A stretch of 63,424 nt of DNA from Octopus bimaculoides (lineage: Eukaryota), in assembly GCF_001194135.2 (NCBI RefSeq), contig NC_068993.1, forward strand, positions 5,745,549 to 5,808,972. Reading direction: 5' to 3'. The notes beneath the pieces were generated by a model. It saw nothing but the letters and a program-made list of their open reading frames with translations, made no database searches and had not been told where the DNA came from. Of this stretch, positions 51,669-63,424 are shown piece after piece. The stretch's first letter is position 1, and every line of letters starts with the position of its first letter. Both the position numbers and the translations under genes were made by a program.

Positions 51669-52709
51669 CACACGCATACATACATACATATATATATATA
51701 TATACATACATACATATATATGGAAAACGAGAGACAAGCATTGAGATTATGTGTATATATATACATATATAGACAGCTAGTTACATATAAATGAAATATT
51801 AAACAATACCTTTAAGCAAATGATCATATACATTTTATTTTTGCAAGCAAAAAGTTGACAGTAACTTCGAGGTTTGTAAATGTGCATTAGCATTTAAAAT
51901 AAGCGTTTAGGTACCATGTGTACCTGTACATGTTCGTATGTATGTGTGTCTGTATCTATCGATCTATCTATCTATCTATCGGTCTGTCTGTCTCTCTGTC
52001 TGTCTATCTATCTATCTACCTATCTATCTATGTGCGTATGTATGTATGTATATGCGCACATGTGCTTGTGAGTATGTGTGCGTATGCGTATGCCTGCCTG
52101 TACGTGTGTGCGTGTGGATGTGTGTTCAGGAAACGCCGGTAACAGAGATAACAGCAATCATTTCGCATGATACTCATGTCAAGAGAGAGTGGCTTTCTCG
52201 CGGATTGTTATAATGATGCAGGTAGGAAGTAGTGGGAGGTAGTGTTAGAAAGGGAGGAATAGGTAGAGACAGGTAAGAGAACGAAGTGTGCTGAGTGAGG
52301 ATAGGGAGGAAGTGTATATGTAAACAATAGGAAGGAGGAGGAGGAAATGATAGTGAAAGTAGCGAGTTGTAGGAAGAGGTATGGGCAGAGGGGATGGATA
52401 GGTGATATTTCCGGGTCTGTGTTACTGTGCGTGTGTGCGTGTGTTTGTGTGCATTTCTGTGTGTATTTGAGTCAATGCGTATACAGGTAATATCTATAAA
52501 TCGATGTGAATACATACATATTACACACACACACACACATACATATTTAATAATAATAATATATATATATATGTATAAATATATACATATATATATATAC
52601 ATACGTATCATACGTACACACACACACATATACATACATACATATATATACATACATACATATATTTATATATATATATATACATACGTACATATATATA
52701 TATATATAT

Positions 52710-52740
<31 letters not shown>

Positions 52741-54644
52741 CATACATATATNNNNNNNNNNNNNNNNNNNNNNNNNNNNNNNNNNNNNNNNNNNNNNNNN
52801 NNNNNNNNNNNNNNNNNNNNNNNNNNNNNNNNNNNNNNNNNNNNNNNNNNNNNNNNNNNNNNNNNNNNNNNNNNNNNNNNNNNNNNNNNNNNNNNNNNNN
52901 NNNNNNNNNNNNNNNNNNNNNNNNNNNNNNNNNNNNNNNNNNNNNNNNNNNNNNNNNNNNNNNNNNNNNNNNNNNNNNNNNNNNNNNNNNNNNNNNNNNN
53001 NNNNNNNNNNNNNNNNNNNNNNNNNNNNNNNNNNNNNNNNNNNNNNNNNNNNNNNNNNNNNNNNNNNNNNNNNNNNNNNNNNNNNNNNNNNNNNNNNNNN
53101 NNNNNNNNNNNNTGTACATATATATATATATACATATGTACATATATATATATACATATGTACATATATATATATATACATATGTACATATATATATATA
53201 TACATATGTACATATATATATATATACATATGTACATATATATATATATACATATGTACATACATATATACAGATATATACATACGTAGATAGGTAGATA
53301 GATAAATAGAATGACAAACTCATAGGTAGGTAATAAGATAGAGAAATAGACTGACAGACAGATAAAAAGATAGATAGATAGAGAGAGAGAGAGACAGAGA
53401 AAGAGAGTGAGAGACTGAGGGAGAGAGACAGAGAGAGAAAGATAAAGACTAAAATGAGAAGGAGGCTGATATTAATAAGCCAGAGAAATGCAGGGAAGGG
53501 GGGCAAAGTAAAACTGAGGACTAACAGTAGCGGGGAGAGTAAGAAGTTTAAGGTAGAGGATGAGGGGAAGGAAGGGGAAAAGGTAAAGAAAGGATGTAAA
53601 GGAATTAGAAGAGGGGGTCATGGAAGGCTCGGGAATCGTTGCGAGTGGTGGAGAGGAAGAGGAGTTCAATGTGGTGGGGGTAGGTACTGATGTGGGTAGG
53701 AAAATAGGAGAAAGAAAATGATGGGAGTTTTGAAAGTGAAAGTGAAAGTGTGAATGGTGGAGGTTGGAAGTGGAGCAGAGTGGAAAGGGAGAGGAAGGAT
53801 GTAGATTACCTATTTACAGGCTAGGTAGACTGAGCTAGCAGTGGGTAAGATATAAAGAGAGAAAGTAGGAAGGAGAAGGTGAAGGAAAGCAAGTAAAAGA
53901 ATAAGAGGAAAAGGAAAAGAATAAGAATATTAGAGAGGACGGGAAAGGATATAGGGAGAGCGGGAGGGAGAGAGATGAAGAAAATAAGGGCTGGAGTAGG
54001 AGGAAGAGGGACAGAGGGTAGGAGTGTGAAGTGTCAACAAACTTCACTCCCACCTCCATGTTGTTAGTGTGACACTTAATGTATAGATAAATGAAAGGAT
54101 GAAGGAGAGGTGGGAGGAAGGAAAAATGAGGGTGTGAAAGAATAAAAAGACGAATGAGTGAGAGAATGAATGACGGAGTCAGAGAGTGTGTGAGTAAAGG
54201 AATAAATGAATAACTTTATATATGAAAGACAAAATGAATGAGTTTATGAAGGAATGACTTATTGTATGAAAGAATTTAGGATTGAATAAATAAATGAAAG
54301 AATGAGTACCTGGATGGATGAGTTTATGAATAACGAAAGAAATGAGTAAATGAAAGAAAGAGTAATTGAATAAACAAATTTATAAATGAATAAATAAGAA
54401 AATGAAATGAATGAATAAGTTTATGAATGAATAGATAATTGAAAGAATGAGTAAACAAACGAATGAATTTATGGATGAATATAATAAATGCGAGAATAAA
54501 TAACTGAGTTTGCGATTAACTGAAAGAAGGAGTTTTCGAAAGAATGGGTTTACGAAAGAATGAGTTTACGAACAAACACATGAATAAATGAAACGTGTAA
54601 AGCCACAACAACAAAACAAAGTAATTTCTTACAATAATAAAAAA

Positions 54645-54945
54645 AATAATGGTTTCTGATTTAGGCACTAGGGGTACTTTATTGGTACCCCGAGTACTTG
54701 ATTGGTTCTTTACTCTTTCAATCCCGGAAAGATGAAAAGTAAAGTCAACTTCGGAGACATTTGAGCATTGAACGTAAAAGACTGGAGTAAAAGCCGCAGG
54801 GCGTGTTTTCCAACATTCTGAAGATTCTACCATCCCGCTGCTTTCTGATTTCGAATCTTGGCACAAGGACGTAAATTTTGAGGAGAGGGGCGTAACCGAC
54901 AACATCGGCTCCGGTAGAAGATGGTATTATATTTTATAGACTCGG
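54645..54945 (-). mobile_element. SINE-A: two old tandem copies
   Basis: Tails AATAATGGTTTCTGATTTAGGCAC (54645) and GAATCTTGGCACAAGG (about 54851). Body AAAGATGAAAAGTAAAGTCAACTTCGG. Confidence 0.7.
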
Positions 54946-55235
54946 NNNNNNNNNNNNNNNNNNNNNNNNNNNNNNNNNNNNNNNNNNNNNNNNNNNNNNN
55001 NNNNNNNNNNNNNNNNNNNNNNNNNNNNNNNNNNNNNNNNNNNNNNNNNNNNNNNNNNNNNNNNNNNNNNNNNNNNNNNNNNNNNNNNNNNNNNNNNNNN
55101 NNNNNNNNNNNNNNNNNNNNNNNNNNNNNNNCCCCTTCCCCTCACAAAACCTGACAAGAATGATTAAAAAAAAGAATAAGTATATATTAGTAGAATGCCA
55201 GACAGACAGACAGACAGAGAGAGACAGACAGACAG

Positions 55236-55295
<60 letters not shown>

Positions 55296-55710
55296 TGTGT
55301 GTGTGTGTATGATTGTTGAGGGGGATAATGTGAGTGAGAAGTGAGAGATAGGAGAGAAAAAGAGGGGATGAGAGGCGAGGTGGAGAGGAGGGAGGGAGAG
55401 ATGGAGAGAGGGAGTAGGGGAGACGGGGTAGGTAGGAGAGAGGGGAAAAGAGAGGGAAGGGAAAAGAAGAGAGAGGAGGCAGAGAGAAGAGAGAGATGAG
55501 AGAAAGGAAGGAAAGAAGAGTGAGAGGGTACAGAGACAGAGGGAAGAGAGAAAAATGAATGAATGAGAGAGAGAAAGAAAGAAAGAAAGAAAGAGTGAGT
55601 GATTGAGTAAGTGAATGAGTGAGAGAGAATTTTTTTCTATTATCGTTTACAAGTAATCACTGGCGAAGTATTTTAAAGACCCAAAATATTCCATACACAG
55701 GCCCAGCGTA

Positions 55711-55779
<69 letters not shown>

Positions 55780-56374
55780 GAAGGGTGAAATGGGTGGAGA
55801 TGAGAGAAAGAACAACTACATGGAGAACCTCATCAACAACAAAAACAACAGCAATGAAAGCGACAATTATTAGCAATAACAACGAGAACGATGTCATGCA
55901 AAACAGTGACGACGATGTAGGGGCAGCGATAGAAGCGGAGATGAGGACGGCGGGAGATGTCATAATTAACTTCTTTTGATTAGCAACAAAAGATTCTGTA
56001 GTTTAGAGAAGAGTGGGGGAGGGAGAGGATGTGAGGTTTAAAGACGTTCCCAAGACATTATTCTGGTGGTGCCAGTGGAAAGAATTGTTTTGGTTTCGTG
56101 TAGGAATTGAAATCAAGTCGAGAACTGGATTTATCAGGAGTCAACGAAGATTACAGCGGCCATAATTGGTTTCAGTTTGTGTAAGAACGAGAGAATGAGT
56201 AATTGGATGAGACTGAAAGTATGAATGAGTTTATGAATGAGTAAATGAAAGAAAGAATTGTCTGAATGAGTTTATGAATTATGAAAAAAAATCAGTAACT
56301 GAATAAGTAAATGAATGAATGAGTTTATGAATAGTGCAAAAGGTAACTGAATAAGTAAAAAAGCTTATAAATAA

Positions 56375-56403
56375 ACTAGCAGAGATACCCGGCGTTGCCC
56401 GTG
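56375..56403 (+). mobile_element. Helitron/Helentron-type 5' terminus
   Basis: ACTAGCAGAGATACCCGGCGTTGCCCG matches the ACTAG..ACCCGGCGTTGCCCG start typical of non-autonomous rolling-circle elements. No 3' end was found. Confidence 0.5.
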
Positions 56404-56469
56404 TTACATGCAAATGAAGGATAAGACTTTTCTCTTATATTTTGTGCAAGGAACTGAAATACATATGAT

Positions 56470-56628
56470 CCCGTTATATTTTTATAATTAAATATTAGGA
56501 ATTGTATTTAAAAATGTTGAAATATTTTGTGTATTGTCGGAGTATAACCAATTTATTGGAAATAAGTTTTCACAGCAAAATCTTATGTGGACCCCAAGGA
56601 CCGCGCGGACCCCGGTTGAGAACTACTG
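56470..56628 (+). mobile_element. hAT (Charlie-type) non-autonomous element, right part
   Basis: Ends GGTTGAGAACTACTG. Shares TTTTTATAATTAAATATT..AGGAATT and TATAACCAATTTATTG with 26860-26950. Confidence 0.75.
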
Positions 56629-57264
56629 GTCTACAGCGAAAATTTTTCTTTATTACAAAATACAATGAATGGCTTTCTTACGGGTTCGAATCTACTTCAA
56701 GTATATTTGAACTGGTAGCTCTATATATAAATTCAACGAATAAACAATTCACAAAGCGAATAAAAAACGAAAAGTGAAAGATACGAAAGGAGAAAAACGA
56801 AAAGAGAAAAATAAAAAACGAAAGTGGGGACATGTACAAGAATTATATTAGCCAGACGATCGGTGAAAGGAGAGAGTTCTTTAACGTTTCGTCGGAAAGG
56901 AGAAAGGGAAAAGTCCCCCAAAGAAGAAAGAAAATCGCCAACGGCCCACATGTGGTTACATTATATATGTGTATGTGTGTATGTACGTGGAGAGAGAGAG
57001 AGAGGGGGGGTAGAGGGACTGATAGCTGCAAGCTAAAAATGTTACTGGGTGTAGAACAAATGAGTTAATAGTACGAGTTGAAAGATCTGAGCGGAATTAA
57101 ATGAAAACTGAATACCGTAGATGGTGGTGCGTATTTTAAATGCAATTGGAAATGTGCGTGATTGTAAAACCTCCATTATCCTCGTGTCATACTGGGAAAA
57201 TAAATTGATTATGTAGACAATATTTTCATTGCATTGTTCGTTTTATTAATTAAATACGATATAT

Positions 57265-57308
<44 letters not shown>

Positions 57309-57448
57309 CATGAGGATATAATACACAGAGTATATATGATAGATATAAATATATAGACTAATATATAGATACACGTACATTCAAATATATATACATATGA
57401 ATATATATCCACATATATATTACAACGTTTACATTATATATATATCTT

Positions 57449-57510
57449 AGGCGGTAGCTCCAGCATGGCCGAAGTCCTACGACTGAAAGTATTAAAAGAA
57501 TGAAAGAATA
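57449..57510 (+). mobile_element. Orphan LINE/SINE-B shared 3' tail
   Basis: GGCGGTAGCTCCAGCATGGCCGAAGTC...GACTGAAAG...AAAAGAATGAAAGAATAAA. Confidence 0.75.
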
Positions 57511-57614
57511 AATGAATCACTCACGCATCAATTTAAATATTAAAGCTCCTGCGTTTGAAGTATTATCTCAAATTCATTTAACAATGAGAAGTTCTTGTAG
57601 CTCTGTTAATGATT

Positions 57615-57700
57615 CCGCACGAATGTCCTGACTGACGGAAGCGAGATACGCTTATCTACGAAGCGAATGTATATCGGTTCGAATCCTGTCGTAGTCAAAT
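57615..57700 (+). mobile_element. Degenerate tRNA-like head of another SINE
   Basis: B-box GGTTCGAATCC at about 57676. A 5-bp stem CGCTT/AAGCG encloses a 7-nt loop. Acceptor and T stems pair poorly. Confidence 0.5.
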
Positions 57701-57930
57701 ACGTTTCTCGATTTGAGTGGTGATGGTGATAAACCGAGTAGTGCTGTTAAAAACGGGTGTTCGAGTTAAACAGGCGACGGAAAGAGTCTACCACAAGGCG
57801 TCATGGTGACTGCAGTGATAATATATTAAAATGCTCAATAGTCTAGTCCATTATGTAGGGAGCATAGGTTGGTGTGATGCCTTGACTTGCGCGTGACATG
57901 GATTAAATTGAGGGAGGGTTAGGGTGGTGG

Positions 57931-58115
57931 GCTGGCAGAATTATTAGCACGCCTGATGAAATGCCTAACAGTATTTCGTCTGCCGTTACGTTCTGAGTTC
58001 AAATTCTGCCGAGATCGACTTTACCTTTCGTCCTTTCGGGGTCGTTTAAACAAGTACCAGTTACGCACTGGGGTCGATGTAATCGACTTAATCCCTTTGT
58101 CTGTCCTTGTTTGTC
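57931..58115 (+). mobile_element. SINE-A, tail type 1
   Basis: GCTGGCAGAATTATTAGCACG...GAGTTCAAATTCTGCC...ATCCCTTTGTCTGTCCTTGTTTGTC. Confidence 0.9.
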
Positions 58116-58227
58116 ATCCGTTTCTCTCGTCCCTACCTTTCAGATTCCAGAGGCAGGACTAGAAATAGGTCGGGATGAAACGGATGGCCACATTGGCCAT
58201 CGTGTCTCACTGTACCCTGTTCGCGCA

Positions 58228-58335
<108 letters not shown>

Positions 58336-59286
58336 ATACTTACCAAAACTAGTAGCTGTCTTTTTCTTTTGTCTTTTTAATATTTTGGTTGTCGTTGTTA
58401 AGCTCCATAAAATTCCCAGCAAGCAGACCTAAGCCTCAAAGACAATCTTATTGTGATCAACCAGAATGTTAAGATAATGTCGGTCATGCCGGTTGCGGTG
58501 GTATTGTTGGTGGTGTTTAAGCTTAGGCATCTGTGCCTATAACATCTAATACAACCTTCTTGTCTTAAAGACGATGAAGGTGTTATTTCAAAGAAATATG
58601 GCAGCTAATTCCAGTAAACGGTATGACGGCCATCTTAAGTGTGACTCATTGGTGAATTCTTTTTTTTTTAGTTTTGAAAGGTGGGGCGGCTAGATGTTGC
58701 AATATATATAGAGAGAGTTATAACAGATTAATGCAGAGAATTGGTGCACAGGTGTGCAGCGACTGCATGTAACGATCAAAATGGCTGTGAAAATATGTTG
58801 TGTGGAAATGTAAATCAATAAATACTGATATAATATATAAATACAGGTGTGTACAGGTGAGGTCATCATCATCGTAAATGTTTGTGTTAAGCAGTGGGGG
58901 CGTGTGTGTGCGCGTACGTATGGTGGTGTGTATATGATGTATGTGTGTATGTGTATGTGTGAACGCGTGTGCGCGGCGTGCGTGTGTATGCGTTTGCGTT
59001 TATATGTAAACATCCATGTCCATGTATGTATGTATGTATGTATGTATGTATGCATGCATGTATGTGCGTGTATGTATATGTGTGCGCGTATGTACGTGTG
59101 TGTATGTGTGTATATATGCATGCATGTGTATGGTATATATATGTATGTATGTATGCATGCATGTATGCATGTATGTATATATGCATATATATATATGTAT
59201 TTATATTTAATATATAAATATGTGCTGTACTTTGTGGTGGTGCCTATATGCGTTTATGTTTATGTGTAAAAATCTGTATATGTATA

Positions 59287-59343
<57 letters not shown>

Positions 59344-59831
59344 NNNNNNNNNNNNNNNNNNNNNNNNNNNNNNNNNNNNNNNNNNNNNNNNNNNNNNNNN
59401 NNNNNNNNNNNNNNNNNNNNNNNNNNNNNNNNNNNNNNNNNNNNNNNNNNNNNNNNNNNNNNNNNNNNNNNNNNNNNNNNNNNNNNNNNNNNNNNNNNNN
59501 NNNNNNNNNNNNNNNNNNNNNNNNNNNNNNNNNNNNNNNNNNNNNNNNNNNNNNNNNNNNNNNNNNNNNNNNNNNNNNNNNNNNNNNNNNNNNNNNNNNN
59601 NNNNNNNNNNNNNNNNNNNNNNNNNNNNNNNNNNNNNNNNNNNNNNNNNNNNNNNNNNNNNNNNNNNNNNNNNNNNNNNNNNNNNNNNNNNNNNNNNNNN
59701 NNNNNNNNNNNNNNNNNNNNNNNNNNNNNNNNNNNNNNNNNNNNNNNNNNNNNNNNNNNNNNNNNNNNNNNNNNNNNNNNNNNNNNNNNNNNNNNNNNNN
59801 NNNNNNNNNNNNNNNNNNNNNNNNNNNNNNN

Positions 59832-59869
<38 letters not shown>

Positions 59870-59874
59870 TATAT

Positions 59875-60014
59875 TACGACGGGCTTCTTTCAGTTTCCGT
59901 CTACCAAACCCACTCACAAGACTTTGGTCGGTCTGTTGCTATGGTAGATGACACTTGCTCAAGGATGTTACGCAGGGGGACTGAATCCAATATCACGTAG
60001 TTGAGAAGCAAGCT
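59875..60014 (-). mobile_element. SINE-B abutting (TA)n
   Basis: TACGACGGGCTTCTTTCAGTTTCCGTCTACCAAACCCACTCACAAG...GACACTTGCTCAAGG on the plus strand. Confidence 0.9.
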
Positions 60015-61864
60015 AAATAAATAAAAGATCCAGTTATTTTCCATTACTTCTCATTACTATGATTGCTGGTGAGAATTTCAAAGTCATGGTTAACGCATGT
60101 TGGCCCTTCATCTCATTATCTGTCGTTTTCGTTTTCCTTCACAACTTGACATTATTCTTGCATGTCAACATTAGTGATGCGTTGTCTAACCCCCCTCCCT
60201 CTGCCCTTATCTCTCCCGAAATGAATCATAGCTTCCTGTTTCAAATTCATCGCCAGCCAATCACAGGCCGAGCTTTGAGCCTTTCATTTCTTTATTTCTT
60301 TCTATTATTTTTTTCATCTATTTTCACCTCACCTTGCTGGTATCTTTACCTCCATCTATCTTTACTCATTTCTCTATTCAAATGTGAATTACCTGCGTAG
60401 CTGTTGCTGTTGTTGTGGTTGTTGTAATTCTCTTTGTTATTGCGTTGTTTGCTCAATCAATTGTTAACCGTTATTCAGAAAACTGATTTTAGTCATGAGC
60501 GTTCTATCTAAATAGAGATATCCAGGACTACATTAAGATATAAACTTTGATTTGAGGGAGATTCAGTTGCTGTTTCTGACCATGCTCTTTTATTACATCA
60601 GAAATATGTGATTTAAATTATCGATAAATCCAGAAGACCTGCTTTAAACAGCACTACGGTTTCAATATAAGGTTGTAGATATTTCCTTACTTTTTGGTGT
60701 TCATATAAACCAAGAAAGGCATGGCCGTCACACTTCATACATTTCCTGCCCCCTTAAAAATTGCATATTGCTTTGACAGGACTAATTAATCCTGTTTAAT
60801 CAATTTTGCTGTTTTAGGAAACTGAAACGAGAGTTTGTCTTTCGACTCGAGTCTCATGCTTCTGCGATCTTCAGGCGAGAACTGTTTCATCTCGGTTTTG
60901 GTGGTGTATTTACATTGTTTGGGTACTGTTTTTTGAACTCGTCATTGGCTGATTAGGTTATTTTTTGTGTTATGGTGTTTGTATTTCTTGTAATTGTGAG
61001 TGGGTGTATAAATTTGTCTGGGATTTATTTGTTGAGTTGGGATGGGACGTGTTTTTCCTTTACTTTTCATGGGTCTGAATGTGTGCGTGTATCCATGTGT
61101 ATGCTTGAAGTCATTTTCCAAACAAAAATAATTCCCGAATGTTTCCTTATTTCTGTCAATAAACAATAAACAAGCATCGTGAAGATGAAATTTCAGCCGT
61201 CTTAAGCAACTGGACTTTATTTATGGTAAAATTATTCTGTAAAATCGTTATTTCAGACTTTATTGGCTTCCATTGTTTCCACTGTTCTCGTGTTTTAATT
61301 CCAATTGTTGGAGCTCAAATTAGTGATGCCTCGAAGATCATCATTACTGCTATGACTAAAGAAGACCCCTGTTAGCATAACTAACATCGCAAACAACAAA
61401 ATTACACCCGTCCACTATTACCATCACCACCACACGTACCACTACAGTTATCACCCCACCATCATCACGACGACGACCACCACCAGCACCACCACCACCA
61501 CTACAATAATCGCCAAGACCGTATTTATGTATATGTATATACATTCATATATATGTATGCATACATAGGTGCATTAATATGTGTGTATCGTATGTATGTA
61601 TGTATGGACGTATGTATGTATGTACGTATGTATGTATGTATGTACGTATGTATGTATGTATGTATACTTTACTGTCCAAGCTGTTATTTGCGGTCTGTTC
61701 AGCCATGTTTTAGGTGACATTTTCCATGTCTAAATTAAATCTTCCATCTGTAAATCGTTCATGTTTGTTGTTCCGTGAATCCGTGGAATATCCCCAAGGA
61801 CAGGAAGGGTTTCGCTAAATGTCGGAATTAATTATACACACATGCACGCACACATGCACGCACG

Positions 61865-61951
<87 letters not shown>

Positions 61952-62052
61952 TAACACACACATACACATATTTAGATGCGTAAATGGTTCATCCACGTTT
62001 CGACGTTCTACGTTGTATCATACAAACATACATACATACGTACAGACATACA

Positions 62053-62087
<35 letters not shown>

Positions 62088-62119
62088 TATACTCACACAG
62101 TATATATGTAAATATGTAG

Positions 62120-62165
<46 letters not shown>

Positions 62166-62211
62166 CACATNNNNNNNNNNNNNNNNNNNNNNNNNNNNNN
62201 NNNNNNNNNNN

Positions 62212-62264
<53 letters not shown>

Positions 62265-62425
62265 GAAATTTTATGCAATATATTACATGTACTATATATA
62301 TGAAATATGCAAATGTGTGTGCGTTTCTATTTTTTATATCTAGTTTCAGCTCACTGGGGCACCATATATATATATATATATATATATATCTGTATGTACA
62401 TTGTACGTATGTATTTATACATCTA

Positions 62426-62498
<73 letters not shown>

Positions 62499-62777
62499 GT
62501 CTGTCTATCTATCTACACAAACACAAACATACACACACGTACATTAAAGTATGTGTTTGTGTATTTATATAAATGGCAGGTAATAACACCAGGAGCATCG
62601 ATCATATTCAGGATACAAGACAAAGAAAAAAAATCAGAAGTAAAAAAAAACGTTTATATACGCCAACCGTCGTGCACTTATACACATATATACACAAACT
62701 CTTGTGTACTTAGACACATCTACATGCTTATACATTGCATCTACAAATAAACACGTATACAGTTAAAGTTGGTATAT

Positions 62778-62871
62778 ATGGATCGCCGATGGTTCCTTCA
62801 TAGGCTTGTTTCCCAACCACGTGATTCCGAGTTCAGTCCCACTGTGTGACACCTTGGGCAAATGCTTTCTA
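62778..62871 (+). mobile_element. SINE-B head and CORE-like segment, interrupted by the mariner element
   Basis: CCCAACCACGTGATTCCGAGTTCAGTCCCACTGTGTGACACCTTGGGCAAATGCTTTCTA. Confidence 0.85.
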
Positions 62872-63424
62872 CAGAGTTGGGCACGAAAAAGAATCCCGGG
62901 TTCCGTAGCATAGTGTAAATGCAGAAATAAATTTACAAGTACTGGAAAGGGCTACTATCATAGAAGATTTTGAAACCGGGTTCCTGTGGCATCAATACAC
63001 AGCTGTGTACGATTAACCATGCACTCGGCGTAAGATATGATTTCAACTCCAGACTTTGTCAACACCCGTTGGCAAAACCTCCTGGTTATGTGAGAGACTG
63101 CTGCGCTAATTTACGCGTTGACTTCTTTAGATTTCGTGTTACCCTTCGGTCAATGGCCTGAACCGTAGAGTCTCTTTGTTTTGAAGGTTTGTGCTCCGAC
63201 CCCGTAGCGCTCCAATTTACCCGGAAAATTGACTTCAAAATCTTCACGAGTTTGCTTAATTGAACCCGTTCTCACGCACGCTTTCATATTCTCTACTCTT
63301 TCTACTACTGAGTACGCTATCTTGCAAAAAAGGTTAGAGGTGTTCACTCAATGCAATCTTACAGTCAACTAACATGGTTGAGGAGGCGGTGAGGAGAATG
63401 AAACAAACAGTCAATTACTGCGCC
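62872..63424 (-). mobile_element. Internally deleted Tc1/mariner-superfamily DNA transposon, running off the window end
   Basis: Begins TA|CAGAGTTGGGCACG at 62870-62885, inserted in a SINE-B copy. The minus strand carries transposase N- and C-terminal remnants. Confidence 0.75.
62958..63320 (-). pseudogene. Tc1/mariner transposase pseudogene: N-terminal HTH (DUF4817-like) joined to the C-terminus, catalytic core deleted
   Basis: Three frames give (I)AYSVVERVENMKACVRTGSIKQTREDFEVNFPGK, VTRNLKKSTRKLAQQ...SLELKSY, and ECMVNRTQLCIDATGTRFQNLL* (TGA at 62960-62958). The start codon appears mutated to ATA. Total length is only about 360 nt. Confidence 0.75.

Noticed and set aside
57615-57700. tRNA-like fold with CTA in the anticodon position (amber suppressor?)
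   Set aside because: The loop ATCTACG lacks the conserved pyrimidine 32 and purine 37, and the acceptor and T stems do not pair. It is a decayed SINE head.

Overview
AT-rich, microsatellite-saturated animal genomic DNA broken by about 24 N-gaps. The repeat families (tRNA-headed SINEs, two with CORE-like segments, plus Dong/R4 and CR1/L2 LINE relics) suggest a coleoid cephalopod, probably Octopus; this is my inference, not a database result. No intact multi-exon gene is visible, and nearly all ORFs in the supplied track are artefacts of N-runs or simple repeats. Supportable content: (1) two type I hammerhead ribozyme folds, at 11297-11348 (+, intact core, palindromic helix III) and 4324-4371 (-, GUC site), resembling the minimal hammerheads of Penelope-like retroelements, plus decayed look-alikes; (2) a CR1/L2-type LINE 3' fragment whose tail is shared with a SINE family; (3) Dong/R4 LINE fragments abutting (TAA)n; (4) an internally deleted Tc1/mariner element inserted at a TA inside a SINE; (5) five fold-back/MITE-like elements, hAT-type and Helitron-type ends, and at least five SINE-like families; (6) one good candidate start-codon exon on the minus strand (MDSCFTRQ, 50300-50277), implying that most of the window could be one very long intron. 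All alignments and folds were done by eye and need computational confirmation.
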